A DNA stretch of 63,563 bases, the filler included, from Octopus bimaculoides (Eukaryota): assembly GCF_001194135.2 (NCBI RefSeq). It is 4 parts of 4 records of this genome, joined end to end, with 100 filler letters (N's around TTAATTAATTAA, not from the genome) between each part and the next. Parts side by side here need not be neighbours in the genome. Positions count along the whole stretch, not along the records: positions 62,286 to 63,563 come from NC_068982.1; 3 more parts are not named here. One strand, written 5' to 3'. This document shows, one piece after another, positions 62,285 to 63,563 of the stretch. The notes under the pieces are model-generated. The model was not told the origin of the DNA and searched no databases. It worked only from the letters and a program-made list of their open reading frames with translations. Both the position numbers and the translations under genes were made by a program. Every line of letters begins with the position of its first letter. Position 1 is the stretch's first letter.

Positions 62285-63525
62285 NCGATGTAATTGACTT
62301 ACACCTTCTCCCGAAATTGCTGGTCTTGTGCCAAAATTTGAATTCATTATTGTAATTAGTCAATTCATTAACATTTAACCGATTAACTAATCGATTGTTT
62401 GATTAATCATTCGGTCAATCAATCACTCATGTCTGTCAAAATTCTTTCGTTGCCATTCGCGACCTCATCAATGACATGCCCTCTCTACTCTAGGCTTGCT
62501 TCTGACCTCTTACTGATTGATTGATTAACCGATCGGTTAATCAAACAATTGATTTAGCTATCTGGCAAAAGAAAAAAAAAAGTGGGGAAAATCAATTATC
62601 AAATAAATGATTTCAAATTTTGGCACAAGGTCAGCAATTTCAGGGAGGTGGGAAAGTTTATCACATCGATCCCACTACTCAACTACAACTTATTATATCG
62701 ACCACGAAAGGATGAAAGGCAAAGTCAATCTCGGCGGAATTTGAAGTCAGAATGTAAAATACGGACGAAATGCTACTAAGCATTTTGTTCGGTGTGCTAA
62801 TGATTCTGCCAGGTGGCCGTCTTCAATTAGCAAATAAATAATAAAGAAGAGAATTAGGACCAGCGCGTGTATTTAATATTGGCATGATGACCCACGAACA
62901 AATAATAAAGTTAACTTATCACAGACTATTGTGGTCATGAAGAAGTTTAGATCTAGAATTCAACTTTTGGAGAGATTACTTTAAACTCTAAAGTAAACGA
63001 AGGGTCCATTACATATAAAAATCTCGCTCAAGTTACACGCGATCATCTTAAAGCGAGAATGATACATTATTTAATGTTGTCCTAGAATCCTTAAAAGACA
63101 AAATGGGCATAGAAGTAATGCCGAATGCAACAAAAAATAAATCTCCCATATTTTACATGGTCATTGATAAAGAAAGATAGTTACGGTGACGTTACGTAGC
63201 CAATGTGTTACGATTGTTTTTTAGTTGCCATTGTGGCTTGAACTGGGTTATATTGTGCTTTTACTTTTGCAAAATTTGGAAATTTGTAAAATGTGGTAAA
63301 GTTTTTGGCGTACCCTGTGCTTTTAGCCTATTACTTGTTTCAGTCATTGAATTGCGATCATGGTGGAGTACCACATGGAGGAGTTTGTTGAAGAAATCAA
63401 CCGCAGAACTTGTTATTGGGCCTGGTATTTATTCTATCGTAGCTTTTGCTGAACCGCTGAGTTACGGTGACGTAAACAAACAAAAACCAGTTCACAAGCG
63501 ATGGTGGGGAAGACAAACACAAACA

Positions 63526-63563
<38 letters not shown>

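Overview
AT-rich, microsatellite- and SINE-saturated eukaryotic genomic DNA with many N gaps. The repeat families and gap style suggest an octopus (coleoid cephalopod) assembly, possibly Octopus bimaculoides; this is inference. One host gene is well supported: the 5' part of MBTPS1 (site-1 protease/SKI-1, subtilase S8) on the + strand, 11 coding exons from 38457 to 61647, 1200 nt = 400 codons. All introns are GT-AG with matching phases. It contains the catalytic Asp and His and the oxyanion Asn; the catalytic Ser exon is not in the window. The first ~38 kb has no host gene I can support. It holds decayed transposons (a rosa/DD41D-type Tc1-mariner, a Tigger/pogo transposase, a Tigger-like MITE, three mariner derivatives with an inverted second 5' end, a Tx1/L1-like LINE, an R4/Dong-like LINE) and several tRNA-headed SINE families. 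Most notable: (1) a tRNA-headed SINE with a degenerate hammerhead-ribozyme-like tail and an inverted 5' arm, a Penelope-type signature; (2) a ~300-bp near-perfect inverted repeat upstream of MBTPS1 whose arms each end just past a splice-donor-like motif; (3) the double-headed mariner family; (4) a sharp CpG-depleted block matching the gene body and bounded by artificial TTAATTAATTAA scaffold linkers; (5) a candidate stop-containing exon that would give a prodomain-only S1P. No CRISPR, rRNA or true tRNA gene was found. Family assignments are by recalled motif similarity, not database search.
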